DNA of 62,921 bases, the filler included, from an uncultured bacterium (GTDB lineage: Bacteria; DYJV01): assembly GCA_964543655.1 (NCBI GenBank). It is 5 parts of 5 records of this genome, joined end to end, with 100 filler letters (N's around TTAATTAATTAA, not from the genome) between each part and the next. Parts side by side here need not be neighbours in the genome. Positions count along the whole stretch, not along the records: positions 1 to 22,680 come from CAZIZE010000010.1; 4 more parts are not named here. One strand, written 5' to 3'. Both the position numbers and the translations under genes were made by a program. Below, one piece after another: positions 9,927 through 20,801 of this stretch (position 1 is its first letter; the number at the start of each line of letters is the position of its first letter). The notes beneath the pieces were generated by a model. It saw only the letters and a list, made by a program, of their open reading frames with translations. It did not search any database and was not told the origin of the DNA.

Positions 9927-10925
9927 GTGAAACATATTTCAAAAAAATTTTTCCTTATTGTTTTATTAATACTTTTTTCTGCATGTGGAATAAAAAAATT
10001 TCCTACAATACCTTTTATTAAAGGTGCACCAGATATTAAAAAAGTAGATTTTAAAATAAAGAATGGGCAAGTGACACTATTCTGGGATAATTTAAAAGAT
10101 AATGATATTAAATTTTATGATATTTATATGTCTAAGGCACCTGTTGGAGTTAAATATTGTCTTAAATGTGATGAGAATTTTGAGCAAATTGATAAGCTTG
10201 ATTATGTTAACTTTGAAGATGAGAAAACTGTGTCAATAAATATTGAGAATCTTGAGAATAACTTTAAATATTGTTATGCGGTTGTTGCTGAAATTAAAAA
10301 TGGTAAAAAAGGTGATTTTTCAAATAAAGTTTGCTTTCAATGGTTTTATAAAGATAATATAATTTACAACATAAAAGCATTACCTCAGGATAGAAGTGTT
10401 ATGATATCATGGAATAAAAGCAAAATCCCAGAGATAATTTTAAAAGGAGTTAATATATACCAAAAGGATAAGAACAATAACTACTCATTAATATGCACAG
10501 AAAGTGGAAAGAACTTTTATATTGTCAAGAACCTTAAAAATGGTAGAAAATATACCTTTTACGTTGCCCCTTTATACAAATATCAAAATACTTTAATAGA
10601 GGGGAAATTATTTACTGTTTCAGCAGTGCCAGAGGATCTCACTCCTCCAGAATTACCACAGGTATTCACTGGATATTTTACCAATGGTGGAATATATTTA
10701 AAATGGGCAAGAAGTGTCTCAGATGATATTTATGGTTATGATATAATCAGGAAGAAAGAGGGAGAAAAATATTATAAACAGATTAATGATAGCATAATCA
10801 AAAAAGAGTATTTCTTTGATTCTCATGTTGAAAAAGGTAAAGTGTATTATTATAAAATAAGAGCTATAGATAAAAATTTTAATCCAAGTAAATTTAGTAA
10901 ACCAATTAAAGTTATTGCAGAATAG
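9927..10925 (+). CDS. Lipoprotein with fibronectin type III-like repeats
   Basis: Lipobox LFSAC; FN3-like W...Y...YYYKIRAID patterns; GTG start. Confidence 0.75.
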   Translation: MKHISKKFFLIVLLILFSACGIKKFPTIPFIKGAPDIKKVDFKIKNGQVTLFWDNLKDNDIKFYDIYMSKAPVGVKYCLKCDENFEQIDKLDYVNFEDEKTVSINIENLENNFKYCYAVVAEIKNGKKGDFSNKVCFQWFYKDNIIYNIKALPQDRSVMISWNKSKIPEIILKGVNIYQKDKNNNYSLICTESGKNFYIVKNLKNGRKYTFYVAPLYKYQNTLIEGKLFTVSAVPEDLTPPELPQVFTGYFTNGGIYLKWARSVSDDIYGYDIIRKKEGEKYYKQINDSIIKKEYFFDSHVEKGKVYYYKIRAIDKNFNPSKFSKPIKVIAE

Positions 10926-10947
10926 ATTCTTATGGAGGTTAATAGAT

Positions 10948-12195
10948 ATGGATAATTTTGTTTATAAAAATGGAGAGCTCTTTTGTGAAGAAGTTCCTGT
11001 TGGAAAAATAGCAGAAGAAGTTGGTACACCTATCTATATTTACAGTTATGAGACACTTAAAAGGCATTTTACTGTTTTTGATAGCTCATTTGAGAAAATA
11101 AAACATATTACATGTTACTCTGTTAAAGCCAATTCAAACCTATCAGTTTTAAATATTTTTAAACAACTGGGAAGTGGGTTTGACATAGTATCTGGTGGGG
11201 AGCTTTTCAGAGTTTTGAAAATAGGTGCTGATACAAAAAAGATTGTTTATTCAGGTGTTGGTAAAACTGAAGGTGAAATAAAATTTGCACTTGAAAGTAA
11301 CATCTTAATGTTTAATGTGGAATCTTTTGAAGAACTTTACACAATTAATAGAGTTGCAGAGAGCTTAAATAAAAAAGCTCCTGTTGCACTCCGTGTGAAT
11401 CCTGATGTTGACCCTCAGACACATCCAAAAATATCCACAGGGTTAAAGAAAAATAAATTTGGAGTGAATATTAATCAGGCTCTTAAATGGTACAAAGAGG
11501 CTGAACAATTAAAAAATATAGAAATTTTAGGAGTAGATTGCCATATAGGTTCTCAACTTACCAAAACCTCTCCATTTGTTGATGCTCTTAAAAAAGTTGT
11601 AAATTTAATAAATGAATTAAAAAATCATAATATTAACATTTCCTATCTTGATATTGGTGGGGGGCTTGGAGTGTGTTATAAAGATGAAGTACCACCAACC
11701 CCACAGGAATATGCAGATGCTATTTTAGATGTTATTGATGGGTTAAATATAACTCTGATTCTTGAACCTGGTAGAGTTCTTGTGGCAAATGCTGGAATTT
11801 TAGTATGTAAAGTGTTATATAATAAGAGGGGCGATTTAAAACATTTTATTATTGTAGATGGGGCAATGAACGATCTTATCAGACCTTCCCTTTATGAAGC
11901 TTATCAGGAGATTATTCCAGTAAAAGAGGGAGAAAGTAAGATAATTACAGCAGATATTGTTGGACCAATATGTGAATCTGGTGATTATCTTGGACAGGAT
12001 AGAGAGATTAAAGAATTAAATCAGGGAGAATTCATTGCAGTTAGAAGTGCAGGTGCTTATGGATTTACAATGGCATCCAATTATAATTCACGTCCAAGGG
12101 CTGCTGAGGTGATAGTTAAAGGTGATAAATATAGCATTGTTAGAGAAAGGGAGACTTATGATGAACTAATAAGAGGGGAGTCTGTTAAATTTTAA
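10948..12195 (+). CDS. lysA: Diaminopimelate decarboxylase
   Basis: YSVKANSN, HIGSQ, EPGR, GPICESGD; GGAGG before ATG 10948. Confidence 0.96.
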   Translation: MDNFVYKNGELFCEEVPVGKIAEEVGTPIYIYSYETLKRHFTVFDSSFEKIKHITCYSVKANSNLSVLNIFKQLGSGFDIVSGGELFRVLKIGADTKKIVYSGVGKTEGEIKFALESNILMFNVESFEELYTINRVAESLNKKAPVALRVNPDVDPQTHPKISTGLKKNKFGVNINQALKWYKEAEQLKNIEILGVDCHIGSQLTKTSPFVDALKKVVNLINELKNHNINISYLDIGGGLGVCYKDEVPPTPQEYADAILDVIDGLNITLILEPGRVLVANAGILVCKVLYNKRGDLKHFIIVDGAMNDLIRPSLYEAYQEIIPVKEGESKIITADIVGPICESGDYLGQDREIKELNQGEFIAVRSAGAYGFTMASNYNSRPRAAEVIVKGDKYSIVRERETYDELIRGESVKF

Positions 12196-12220
12196 CAAGT
12201 TAACGTTTAGGAGGGGTTTT

Positions 12221-13051
12221 ATGATGTTTAAGGGGATTGAATTTATCAAAATGAATGGTAGTGGCAATGATTTTATTATAATTGATAATATGAAGAAAAG
12301 GTTTTCAAGTGATGAGTTTAGAAAATATATTCCAGCAATTTGCAGACGAAAATTGTCAGTTGGTGCTGATGGAGTAATTATTTTGGAGCCATCAGCAATA
12401 GCTGATTTTAAATGGAGATTTTTTAATTCTGATGGTAGCGAAGCAGAGATGTGTGGTAATGGCTCACGTTGCGCTGCTAAATTTGCAAATTTAAAAGGGA
12501 TAGCTGGTGAGAAGTTAAAATTTGAAACACTTGCTGGAATAATAGAAGCAGAGGTTAAAGAAAACAGCGTAAAAGTTTTGATTACAAAACCTTTTAATTT
12601 AAAAATGGATTATGAAATATTTATTGATGATAATAAATATTTTATTTCAAGTATTAACACAGGTGTGCCACATGTTGTAAAATTCGTCAAAGAGCTTGAA
12701 AATTACGATGTTGCTAAAATGGGCAGGAAAATAAGGTATCATGAGATTTTTCAGCCAAATGGGACAAATGTTAATTTTGTTTCAGTTTTAAACAGGGATA
12801 CTTTGAAAATCAGAACCTATGAAAGAGGAGTTGAAGCAGAGACACTTGCCTGCGGCACAGGTTCTGTTGCAGCAGCTCTTATTGCTTATAAAAAAGGCTT
12901 TGTAAAAAAACCTGTTAAAGTTAATAATATGGGAGGGGAGACTCTTATTATCTATTTTGAAGAGAATGACAATGGTTTTGAAAAGGTTTTTTTAGAAGGT
13001 GATGCCAGATTAATATATGAAGGGAAATTGTTAGAAGATGCTGGAAAGTGA
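12221..13051 (+). CDS. dapF: Diaminopimelate epimerase
   Basis: GNDF, EMCGNGSRC, ETLACGTG. Confidence 0.96.
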   Translation: MMFKGIEFIKMNGSGNDFIIIDNMKKRFSSDEFRKYIPAICRRKLSVGADGVIILEPSAIADFKWRFFNSDGSEAEMCGNGSRCAAKFANLKGIAGEKLKFETLAGIIEAEVKENSVKVLITKPFNLKMDYEIFIDDNKYFISSINTGVPHVVKFVKELENYDVAKMGRKIRYHEIFQPNGTNVNFVSVLNRDTLKIRTYERGVEAETLACGTGSVAAALIAYKKGFVKKPVKVNNMGGETLIIYFEENDNGFEKVFLEGDARLIYEGKLLEDAGK

Positions 13052-14339
13052 AAATTTAAAATCAAGTATTGCACTGCTTACAAAGTTAAGCTTTCTCTTA
13101 ACCAAAACAGAGATTAACATTGACAATAAGTTACAGGAAGTTGTGGAAATTCTTGCTGAAGCACTATCTGTTAAAAGATGTTCTCTTGTGCTTTTTAATG
13201 AATTAGAAAAAAGATTTGAAATTGTTGCTGCTACTGGTTTTAATCTTTCCAAAGAGGAAATGAGGAAAATTGACCCAGTTAAACAGAGCAAAATTATTAA
13301 ATATGTTATTGAGAATAGAAAACCTGTTGTTGTGCGAAATGAAGATGATATGAAAAAATTTGGTATAAAACCAAAGGATAAATATAAAATCCCTTCTTTT
13401 ATTTCAGTACCTCTTATTGTTACTGGTGGAAAATTGCTTGGTGTACTGAATTTAACTGATACAATCTCTGGAGAACCTTTTACAGACCTTGAAGCGCAGA
13501 CTATACTCATTTTAAGTGACCAGATTGCAATTACTATAGAAAATACTAAATTAAGTGAGCAGATATTAAGGAACAGATTAATTAAAGAGCAGCTTAAAAT
13601 AGCCAAAAGGGTTCAGCATTCATTAATTCCATCTAACTTCCCAAATAATAGTCATATTGATTGTTATGGATTTACAATTCCAACATTTGAAGTTGGTGGT
13701 GATTATTTTGATATTTTAAAGGTTAATTCAAATTGCTATGCTTTTATTCTTGCTGATGTATCAGGTAAAGGTATCCCTGCTTCCCTTATTATGACATCAT
13801 TTAGAAGTTATTGGAGAGCACTTGTAAAAAATATTAAAAAACCGAAAAAAATTTTTGAAAGCTTAAATAATATACTTGTAAATGACCTTGAAAAAGAAGG
13901 ATTATTCCTCACCTGTTTTTACGGTATTTACAATTTTGAAAAAAACACTTTAAATTATGGCAATGCTGGGCATGAATTCCCAATTTTTTACTGCAATGAA
14001 AAAGAAAAATTTATTAAACTTGAAAAAAATGACCTTATTTTAGGAAGTTTTGCTGATGTTAAATATACTACTTACAGTAAAAAAATTAATAATGGAGATG
14101 CTATTTTTATATTTTCTGATGGTATAACAGATTTTAGCTATTATCAGAATATTGATGCTGAAAAAATAATTGAGGATATTTTCCTTGAAAATAAAGATAA
14201 AAGCATGAAAACAATAATTTCTTTAATCAAAAAAACATTACAAAATAAGTTTGCATCCAAACATCACACTGATGACCTTACATTAATTGGAATTAGATTC
14301 AAAAATGACACAAAGAAAAAGGAGGGAGAGAATGTTTAA
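13038..14339 (+). CDS. GAF plus SpoIIE/RsbU-type PP2C phosphatase
   Basis: N-terminal GAF; VGGDYFD, ADVSGKG, NAGH, FSDG, DDLT. Confidence 0.9.
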   Translation: MLESENLKSSIALLTKLSFLLTKTEINIDNKLQEVVEILAEALSVKRCSLVLFNELEKRFEIVAATGFNLSKEEMRKIDPVKQSKIIKYVIENRKPVVVRNEDDMKKFGIKPKDKYKIPSFISVPLIVTGGKLLGVLNLTDTISGEPFTDLEAQTILILSDQIAITIENTKLSEQILRNRLIKEQLKIAKRVQHSLIPSNFPNNSHIDCYGFTIPTFEVGGDYFDILKVNSNCYAFILADVSGKGIPASLIMTSFRSYWRALVKNIKKPKKIFESLNNILVNDLEKEGLFLTCFYGIYNFEKNTLNYGNAGHEFPIFYCNEKEKFIKLEKNDLILGSFADVKYTTYSKKINNGDAIFIFSDGITDFSYYQNIDAEKIIEDIFLENKDKSMKTIISLIKKTLQNKFASKHHTDDLTLIGIRFKNDTKKKEGENV

Positions 14340-15207
14340 AGGTTCATTTGTTGCAATAATAACACCATTTAAAAATGGCCAAATTGATGAAGAAACATTG
14401 AGAAAGCTTGTTAACTGGCATATAGAAAATGGTACAGATGGTATTATTCCTTGTGGCACTACTGGTGAGTCAGCAACTTTAAGTTATGAAGAGCATAAAA
14501 GAGTAATAAAGATAGTGGTTGAAGAAGTAAATAAAAGAGTTCCTGTTATTGCAGGTACAGGTTCAAATAACACAAAGGAAGCTATAGAATTAACAGAAGC
14601 TGCGAGACAGGATGGTGCAGATGCTGCACTTGTTATTACACCTTACTACAATAAGCCAACTCAGGAGGGGTTGTATCAACATTTTAAAAAAATAGCAGAG
14701 GAAGTTGCCATTCCTATTGTAATGTACAATGTTCCCGGGAGAACAGCTGTTGATATGTTACCAGATACAGTGGGAAGACTTTCAAAAATTTCCAATATCG
14801 TTGGGATAAAAGATGCCACAGGTAGTATGAAGGTATTAACAGAAATTATTGAAAACACAAGAGGTAATAATTTTTGCCTCCTTTCTGGTGATGACTTTGT
14901 TTACTTCCCATTCTTATCAGTTGGTGGTGATGGTGTTATCTCTGTTGTTGCAAATATTGCACCTAAAATAACAGCTGAGCTTTATGATGCTTTTGTTAAT
15001 GGTAATTTGGATAGAGCAAGGGAGCTTCATTTTGCTGTTAATGAGCTTTCAAGGGCTATGTTTTTGCAAACTAATCCTATACCAGTTAAAAAGGCAGCAG
15101 CATTAATGGGGCTTGTTGAAGATGAAATAAGGCTTCCTCTTGTTAGTATGGAAGGAAAAGCAGTGGAAATTTTAAAAGACGTTTTGAAGAAATATAAACT
15201 TATTTAA
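14332..15207 (+). CDS. dapA: 4-hydroxy-tetrahydrodipicolinate synthase
   Basis: GTTGES, YNVPGRT, GIKDA; ATG after GGAGG. Confidence 0.96.
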   Translation: MFKGSFVAIITPFKNGQIDEETLRKLVNWHIENGTDGIIPCGTTGESATLSYEEHKRVIKIVVEEVNKRVPVIAGTGSNNTKEAIELTEAARQDGADAALVITPYYNKPTQEGLYQHFKKIAEEVAIPIVMYNVPGRTAVDMLPDTVGRLSKISNIVGIKDATGSMKVLTEIIENTRGNNFCLLSGDDFVYFPFLSVGGDGVISVVANIAPKITAELYDAFVNGNLDRARELHFAVNELSRAMFLQTNPIPVKKAAALMGLVEDEIRLPLVSMEGKAVEILKDVLKKYKLI

Positions 15208-15224
15208 TTATTCAGGAGGGTTTC

Positions 15225-16034
15225 ATGATAAATGTAATAGTAACTGGTGCTGCTGGAAGAATGGGTAGCACTATAATAAGATTAATAAATGGTGATTCTG
15301 AATTAAAAGTTGTTGGAGCTGTTGAAAGGGAAGGTTTTGAAGAAATTGATGCAGGGATTCCAGCAAATTTAGGTGAGATTGGAGTAACAATAGTGGATAA
15401 TATAGAAAAGTTAAGCAATGTTAACGCAGATGTTATAATAGATTTTACAATGCCAGATGCTACAATTAAAACATTAAAATTTGCTATGGCAAATTCAGTT
15501 GCCATGGTAATTGGTACAACAGGGTTAACAGAGGATAATAGGGTAGAGATAAAAAAAGCTTCGGAAAAAATACCAATTGTCCAATCACCAAATATGAGTG
15601 TTGGCGTTAATACTCTTTTTAAACTTGCAGAAATTACAGCAAAAATATTGGGTAATGATTATGATATAGAAATTTTTGAGGCTCATCATAGATTTAAAAA
15701 AGATGCCCCAAGTGGAACAGCTGTTAAACTATGTGAAATAGTTGCAACAGCTGTTGGTCGTAAATACCCTGATGATGCTGTTTTTGAAAGAAATGGAATT
15801 ATTGGTGAGAGAACAGATAAAGAGATTGGAATGCAGGTTATTAGGGCAGGGGACATAGTTGGAGAGCATACTGTTATGTTTGGTGGAATAGGAGAGAGGA
15901 TTGAGCTGACACATAGAGCTCATAACAGGGAGAATTTTGCAAGAGGAGCTCTAAAAGCAGCAAAATGGATTTTTAATAAAAATAATGGTTTTTATGATAT
16001 GCAAGATGTTTTAGGTTTAAAAAACTTGTTTTAA
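15225..16034 (+). CDS. dapB: 4-hydroxy-tetrahydrodipicolinate reductase
   Basis: [22 protein letters not shown]. Confidence 0.96.
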   Translation: MINVIVTGAAGRMGSTIIRLINGDSELKVVGAVEREGFEEIDAGIPANLGEIGVTIVDNIEKLSNVNADVIIDFTMPDATIKTLKFAMANSVAMVIGTTGLTEDNRVEIKKASEKIPIVQSPNMSVGVNTLFKLAEITAKILGNDYDIEIFEAHHRFKKDAPSGTAVKLCEIVATAVGRKYPDDAVFERNGIIGERTDKEIGMQVIRAGDIVGEHTVMFGGIGERIELTHRAHNRENFARGALKAAKWIFNKNNGFYDMQDVLGLKNLF

Positions 16035-16045
16035 AAGGAGAAGTA

Positions 16046-16792
16046 ATGAAAATTGTTCATTTTAGTTTTAAAGAATTTAATAATTTATACGGAATACTTG
16101 ATGAAGAAAAAGAACTTGTATCTGTTATTTCAAAAGATTCATTCAAAGGTGATGCAATTAGTTTAAATGAGATAAATATTTTGCCTGTTTCAATACCTAC
16201 AAAAATTATAGCTGTTGGGTTGAATTATATTGATCATGCAAATGAAATGGATAAAGAGATTCCAGATGAGCCACTTCTCTTTATGAAGCCAAATTCTGCT
16301 GTAATAGGTCACAATGAAGTTATAGTGTTACCAGAAATATCAAAACGGGTTGATTATGAAGGTGAATTGGCAATAGTTATAGGAAAAAAGTGTAAAAATG
16401 TATCTGAAGAAGAAGTTGAAGATTATGTGTTGGGTTACACATGCTTTAATGATGTTACAGCAAGGGATCTCCAGGCAAAAGATGGGCAGTATACAAGAAG
16501 CAAAAGCTTTGATACATTTGCACCTGTGGGGCCATGGATGGAAAACTCTCTTGATGTTGACAATCTTGAAATAGAAACAAGATTAAATGGTAGGGTGGTT
16601 CAGAAGTCAAATACTTCAAATATGAAATTTAAGCCTAAATTCCTTGTTTCATATATTTCAAAGATTATGACCCTTTTTCCTGGAGATATTATAGCTACTG
16701 GTACACCAGCTGGTGTTGGGCCACTTCAGCATGGTGATATTGTGGAAGTATCCATTGAAGGAATTGGTACATTAAAAAACAGCGTTAAATAA
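16046..16792 (+). CDS. Fumarylacetoacetate hydrolase family protein
   Basis: [26 protein letters not shown]. Confidence 0.92.
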   Translation: MKIVHFSFKEFNNLYGILDEEKELVSVISKDSFKGDAISLNEINILPVSIPTKIIAVGLNYIDHANEMDKEIPDEPLLFMKPNSAVIGHNEVIVLPEISKRVDYEGELAIVIGKKCKNVSEEEVEDYVLGYTCFNDVTARDLQAKDGQYTRSKSFDTFAPVGPWMENSLDVDNLEIETRLNGRVVQKSNTSNMKFKPKFLVSYISKIMTLFPGDIIATGTPAGVGPLQHGDIVEVSIEGIGTLKNSVK

Positions 16793-16829
16793 AATAATTT
16801 TCTGCAAACTTGTATTAGGAGGTTAATAT

Positions 16830-17324
16830 ATGTTAAGAGGGAGAGCCTGGAAATTTGGAGATAATATTTCAACTGATCATATAGCACCAGGGCGATTATT
16901 TCACCTGAGGTCTAATTTACCAGAACTTGCCAAGCATGTACTTGAAGATGCAAGGGAAGATTTTGCAAAATCAATGAACAAAGGAGACTTTGTTGTTGGA
17001 GGGAATAATTTTGGACTTGGTTCAAGTAGAGAGCATGCACCTACAATTATAAAACTTGCAGGTGTTAGTGCTGTACTTGCAAAATCTTTTGCAAGAATAT
17101 TTTTTAGAAATGCAATAAATGTAGGTTTACCCGTGATTATCTGTGATACAGATAAGATAGATGAAGGTGATATTCTTGAAGTGAGCCTTGAAAATGGCAC
17201 TGTTTACAACAAAAGTAAGGATATTACCCTTAATTTTCCACCTTTGCCAGGTGTGATGACCAAAATATTAAACAGTGGAGGTCTTGTAGAATATATAAAA
17301 AAACATGGTGACTTGGTGGTTTAA
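16830..17324 (+). CDS. leuD: 3-isopropylmalate dehydratase small subunit (LeuD/HacB/DmdB type)
   Basis: STDHIAP, NFGLGSSREHA, FARIFFRNAIN. Confidence 0.85.
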   Translation: MLRGRAWKFGDNISTDHIAPGRLFHLRSNLPELAKHVLEDAREDFAKSMNKGDFVVGGNNFGLGSSREHAPTIIKLAGVSAVLAKSFARIFFRNAINVGLPVIICDTDKIDEGDILEVSLENGTVYNKSKDITLNFPPLPGVMTKILNSGGLVEYIKKHGDLVV

Positions 17325-17570
17325 TTAATTTTCCACTCCAAAATCAACAATTTCATCATGCTTATGCTCAGGTACTATATAAGCTATTGCATGTTTGAAA
17401 ATAAGTACAGGTGGAGTGGAACTATTTTCTTTTAATAAAATAGAATAGTTATCATAAGCTGTTATTATACCTTGAAATATTCTATCTCCTTTAATCTGAA
17501 TTATTACTGGATTTTTTGATTTTCTTAATTTGTTGAGAAATTGGTTTTGAATATTAAAATCTTTAGTCAT
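17325..17570 (-). CDS. hfq: RNA chaperone Hfq
   Basis: QNQFLNKLRK, IFKHAI; directly downstream of miaA. Confidence 0.88.
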   Translation of the reverse strand: MTKDFNIQNQFLNKLRKSKNPVIIQIKGDRIFQGIITAYDNYSILLKENSSTPPVLIFKHAIAYIVPEHKHDEIVDFGVEN

Positions 17571-17572
17571 AA

Positions 17573-18472
17573 TCAATCCTGTAAAAAATTTTCTATTTTT
17601 TTAAAAATACTCTTCTTATTTTGAGAATTTATCCATGTAATATCATTCTCTTTTTTAAACCAGGTAATCTGTCTTTTAGCATATTTTCTTGTATTCTGCT
17701 TAATTAAATTAATGGCACTATCTTTTGTTAATTTACCTTGTAAAAAAAGCTTTATTTCCCTGTAACCTATTCCATTCATAGGTCTTGTATTCTCATATCC
17801 TCTATCTATTAAGTTAACAGTTTCATCAATTAAACCTTTTTCTATCATTGAATCAACTCTTTTATTTATTTTTTCATAAAGCTCTTCTCTATTAAATGAA
17901 ATTGCAAATTTTAAATAGTTATATCTTGGTTTCTGAAATTTGTGCTGTTCTCTAATTTCAGATATTAACTTACCACTGTTGTAGAAATAGCTTAAAGCTC
18001 TAACAGTTCTATATTTATCATTTTTTTTTATTTTTTTATAGGATTTGTAATCTATAATTTTAAGTTTACTATATAGATACTCAAAAGAGAATTGATTAAA
18101 GTATTCTCTAAGTTTAGAATCATCGCTTTCTTCAGCTATTATTCCAAAGAGAAAACATTTAATATAAAGCCCTGTACCACCAACAAAAAGTGGAATTTTT
18201 TTTCTTGATAATATATTTTCCACTATTTTATCTGCATCATTAATGTATCTTTTTACATCAAAAAATTCATCTGGCTCCACATAGCTAATTAAATGATGAG
18301 GATATTTTTCTAAAATAGTATTATCAGGTTTATCAGTTCCTATGTTAAAATATTTATAAACCTGCATAGAATCTATGTTAACAATTTCAAGATTAAACTT
18401 TTCAGCAAGCTCAATTGAGAGACTTGATTTTCCTGTGGCTGTGGGACCGGTGAGAACTAAAATTTTATTCAA
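17573..18472 (-). CDS. miaA: tRNA dimethylallyltransferase
   Basis: GPTATGKS, DSMQVY, VGGTGLY, YAKRQITWF; TTG start. Confidence 0.95.
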   Translation of the reverse strand: MNKILVLTGPTATGKSSLSIELAEKFNLEIVNIDSMQVYKYFNIGTDKPDNTILEKYPHHLISYVEPDEFFDVKRYINDADKIVENILSRKKIPLFVGGTGLYIKCFLFGIIAEESDDSKLREYFNQFSFEYLYSKLKIIDYKSYKKIKKNDKYRTVRALSYFYNSGKLISEIREQHKFQKPRYNYLKFAISFNREELYEKINKRVDSMIEKGLIDETVNLIDRGYENTRPMNGIGYREIKLFLQGKLTKDSAINLIKQNTRKYAKRQITWFKKENDITWINSQNKKSIFKKIENFLQD

Positions 18473-18487
18473 AGATGAAACTCCTTT

Positions 18488-19581
18488 TTAGAAAAAGTGT
18501 TTGCCATTAACTAAAATAAAAAAATTATCTTTATTCTCTGTATAAACTTCCACAGTTGGATTTAAAACAATGTAATCTTCATGAAAATTGGTTCTAACCT
18601 TTCCTCCAAATGAGGAATTATCTCCAAGGGCAATGTGAATGGTGCCCAAAATTTTTTCTGATTCTAATATGTTTAATAAATTATTGGCTCTACTATTTGT
18701 GCCAATGCCAAACTCAGCAATGTTGCTGTTTAATGGATTGGCATTTATTTTTTTGTAAAGCTCATCTTTATATTTGTCATTGCCTTCAATGTAATTAACT
18801 AAGCCATCCTCTATAAAAAGGGTAAGAGGTGATGATAATTTTGAAGTAGGTGAGTATTCAATAACTAATTTTCCATTTGCTGTTTTTTCAATTGGCGCTA
18901 TAAAAACCTCTCCAGCTGGGATATTGGAAAATGCACCTGAATATGAAAGGTCTCCAGAATCTAATTGAAACTCTCTCCCTTTAACTGAAAACCTTAAATG
19001 AGTGCCATTATCTGATTTCACAATAATAAATGAGCTGTTTTTTAATTTCTCTTTTTTAGAAGTATCCAGTCTTCCTGTAATGCTGAAAAGAACATGCTTT
19101 CTTCAAATAAAGGCATACTGCAATACCTTGTACCGCAAATATCAGTTAGAAAATGACGAAATTGAGTATGACTTGTTGAATAGTAAGAAAGTGCAATTAC
19201 AACATCCACTGATTGAAAAGCATATTCTTTTATAATTTTTTTAACACTTTCTATTTTTTCTTCTGGTAATGATTTTTTTAAAATTTTGTTAAAAAACTTC
19301 TTTTTTTTCAATAGATTAACTGTATCCTCTCCAAATGCTTCTATCCAAACATTTTCTGGTGGTTCGATTCCGTGACCAGCAAGAGATGGATAACAGATAA
19401 AAGAAACTTTTTGTGATAAAGTTTTGGCAATTTCTGAAAAATATAAAGCAATATCAAATAGATTATTCTCTTTGCTATCTTTTTTATCTGTAAATATTAA
19501 TACCTTTTCTGTTTCTTTTAAATTTATATTATTTTTAAAAAGATTTAAAATAACTTTTTCTATAATTTCTCTATTTTTCAT
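18488..19581 (-). pseudogene. M29-like (thermophilic metalloprotease) aminopeptidase, frame-disrupted near 19040-19060
   Basis: Two consecutive ORFs give N-half (HGIEPP, STSHT) and C-half (NIPAGEVF, IAEFGIGTN, EKILGTIHIALGDN). Confidence 0.75.
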
Positions 19582-19952
19582 TTCCCCTGTTTTTCCATTC
19601 TCTGCTCTTGCTCTTCCTGATCTTCTTTACAGGAAATACAGAGAGTTGCAACAGGTCTTGCTTTTAATCTACGCTCCTCTATTTCACAACCACACTCTTC
19701 ACATATTCCGTATGAGCCTTTTTCAATTCTACTTAATGCTTCATCAATCTTTTTTATTAGTTTTAATTCTCTATCTCTGATTCTCATAACAAAAGCTTTG
19801 TCAAGCTCATCTGATGCTGCATCAACAACATCTTTAATCTGCTCTTTGTCAACGTATACTTCACCATTTTTCATTCTTTCCATTTTTTCAAGGAGTCGTT
19901 CTTTTTCTTTTAAGAGTAAATCTTTAAAAAATTGTAATTTTTCCTGCTCCAC
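19578..19952 (-). CDS. dksA: RNA polymerase-binding protein DksA
   Basis: DxxDxA motif (DVVDAA); C4 zinc finger CEEC...CISC. Confidence 0.93.
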   Translation of the reverse strand: MEQEKLQFFKDLLLKEKERLLEKMERMKNGEVYVDKEQIKDVVDAASDELDKAFVMRIRDRELKLIKKIDEALSRIEKGSYGICEECGCEIEERRLKARPVATLCISCKEDQEEQEQRMEKQGK

Positions 19953-19964
19953 AATATCACCCCT

Positions 19965-20801
19965 CTATCTTTTATTTGCTATTATTAAAAGTTCTCTAAT
20001 AATTTTTGCAGCAGTAATAGAAGATACTCCACTTGCATCATAATGTGGTGACAATTCTACAACATCAGCTCCAACTATTTCAAGACCATATATTTTCTGA
20101 AAAAATTTTATTAAATCATTAAAAAAAACACCTCCAGGTTCTGGAGTGCCAGTTCCTGGAAATATTGATGGATCAAGTACATCCATATCAATTGTAAGAT
20201 AAATTTTTTTATTTTTAAATTTTTCTAATATTTCATTATTAATGTCAATAGAAAATGGATAAAAATTTGTATTTTTTTTTGCAAAATCAAATTCCTCTTT
20301 TGTTCCGGATCTGATTCCAAATTGAAAAATTCTATTTAATGGCAAAAAATCAGCAATTCTTCTAATAACAGTAGCATGTGAGAATTTTTCATTAAAGTAT
20401 TTATCTCTTAAATCAGCATGAGCATCCAAATGAATAAGTAACAAATCTGGATATTTTTCAAAATAAGCAGTAACAATTGGTAATGTAACTAAATGCTCTC
20501 CACCAATTGCTATTACTTTTTTCCCCTTACTTAAAAAACTTAATATTAATTCTCTAAGTTGCTCATTTAACACATTGAAATTGTTGATTGTAATATAAAT
20601 ATTGCCATAATCAAAAAAATCAATATCTTCTATGTCAAAATTTAAATAGGGACTAAAAGTCTCAAGAACATCAGATGAAGTCCTTATTGTATCAGGTGCA
20701 AATCTACTACCACTTCTAAAAGAGCTTGTAGCATCAAATGGAATTCCCAATAATACAATGTTAGCTGTTTTTAAATTCTCTTTTGCTGCTAAATATTTCA
20801 T
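19965..20801 (-). CDS. speB: Agmatinase
   Basis: GGEH, DAHADLR, DMDVLDP, PGTGTPEPGG; ATG overlaps speE stop. Confidence 0.93.
   Translation of the reverse strand: MKYLAAKENLKTANIVLLGIPFDATSSFRSGSRFAPDTIRTSSDVLETFSPYLNFDIEDIDFFDYGNIYITINNFNVLNEQLRELILSFLSKGKKVIAIGGEHLVTLPIVTAYFEKYPDLLLIHLDAHADLRDKYFNEKFSHATVIRRIADFLPLNRIFQFGIRSGTKEEFDFAKKNTNFYPFSIDINNEILEKFKNKKIYLTIDMDVLDPSIFPGTGTPEPGGVFFNDLIKFFQKIYGLEIVGADVVELSPHYDASGVSSITAAKIIRELLIIANKR

Noticed and set aside
16830-17324. leuD without leuC as a novel function
   Set aside because: Split leuC/leuD is common and the partner may lie outside the window
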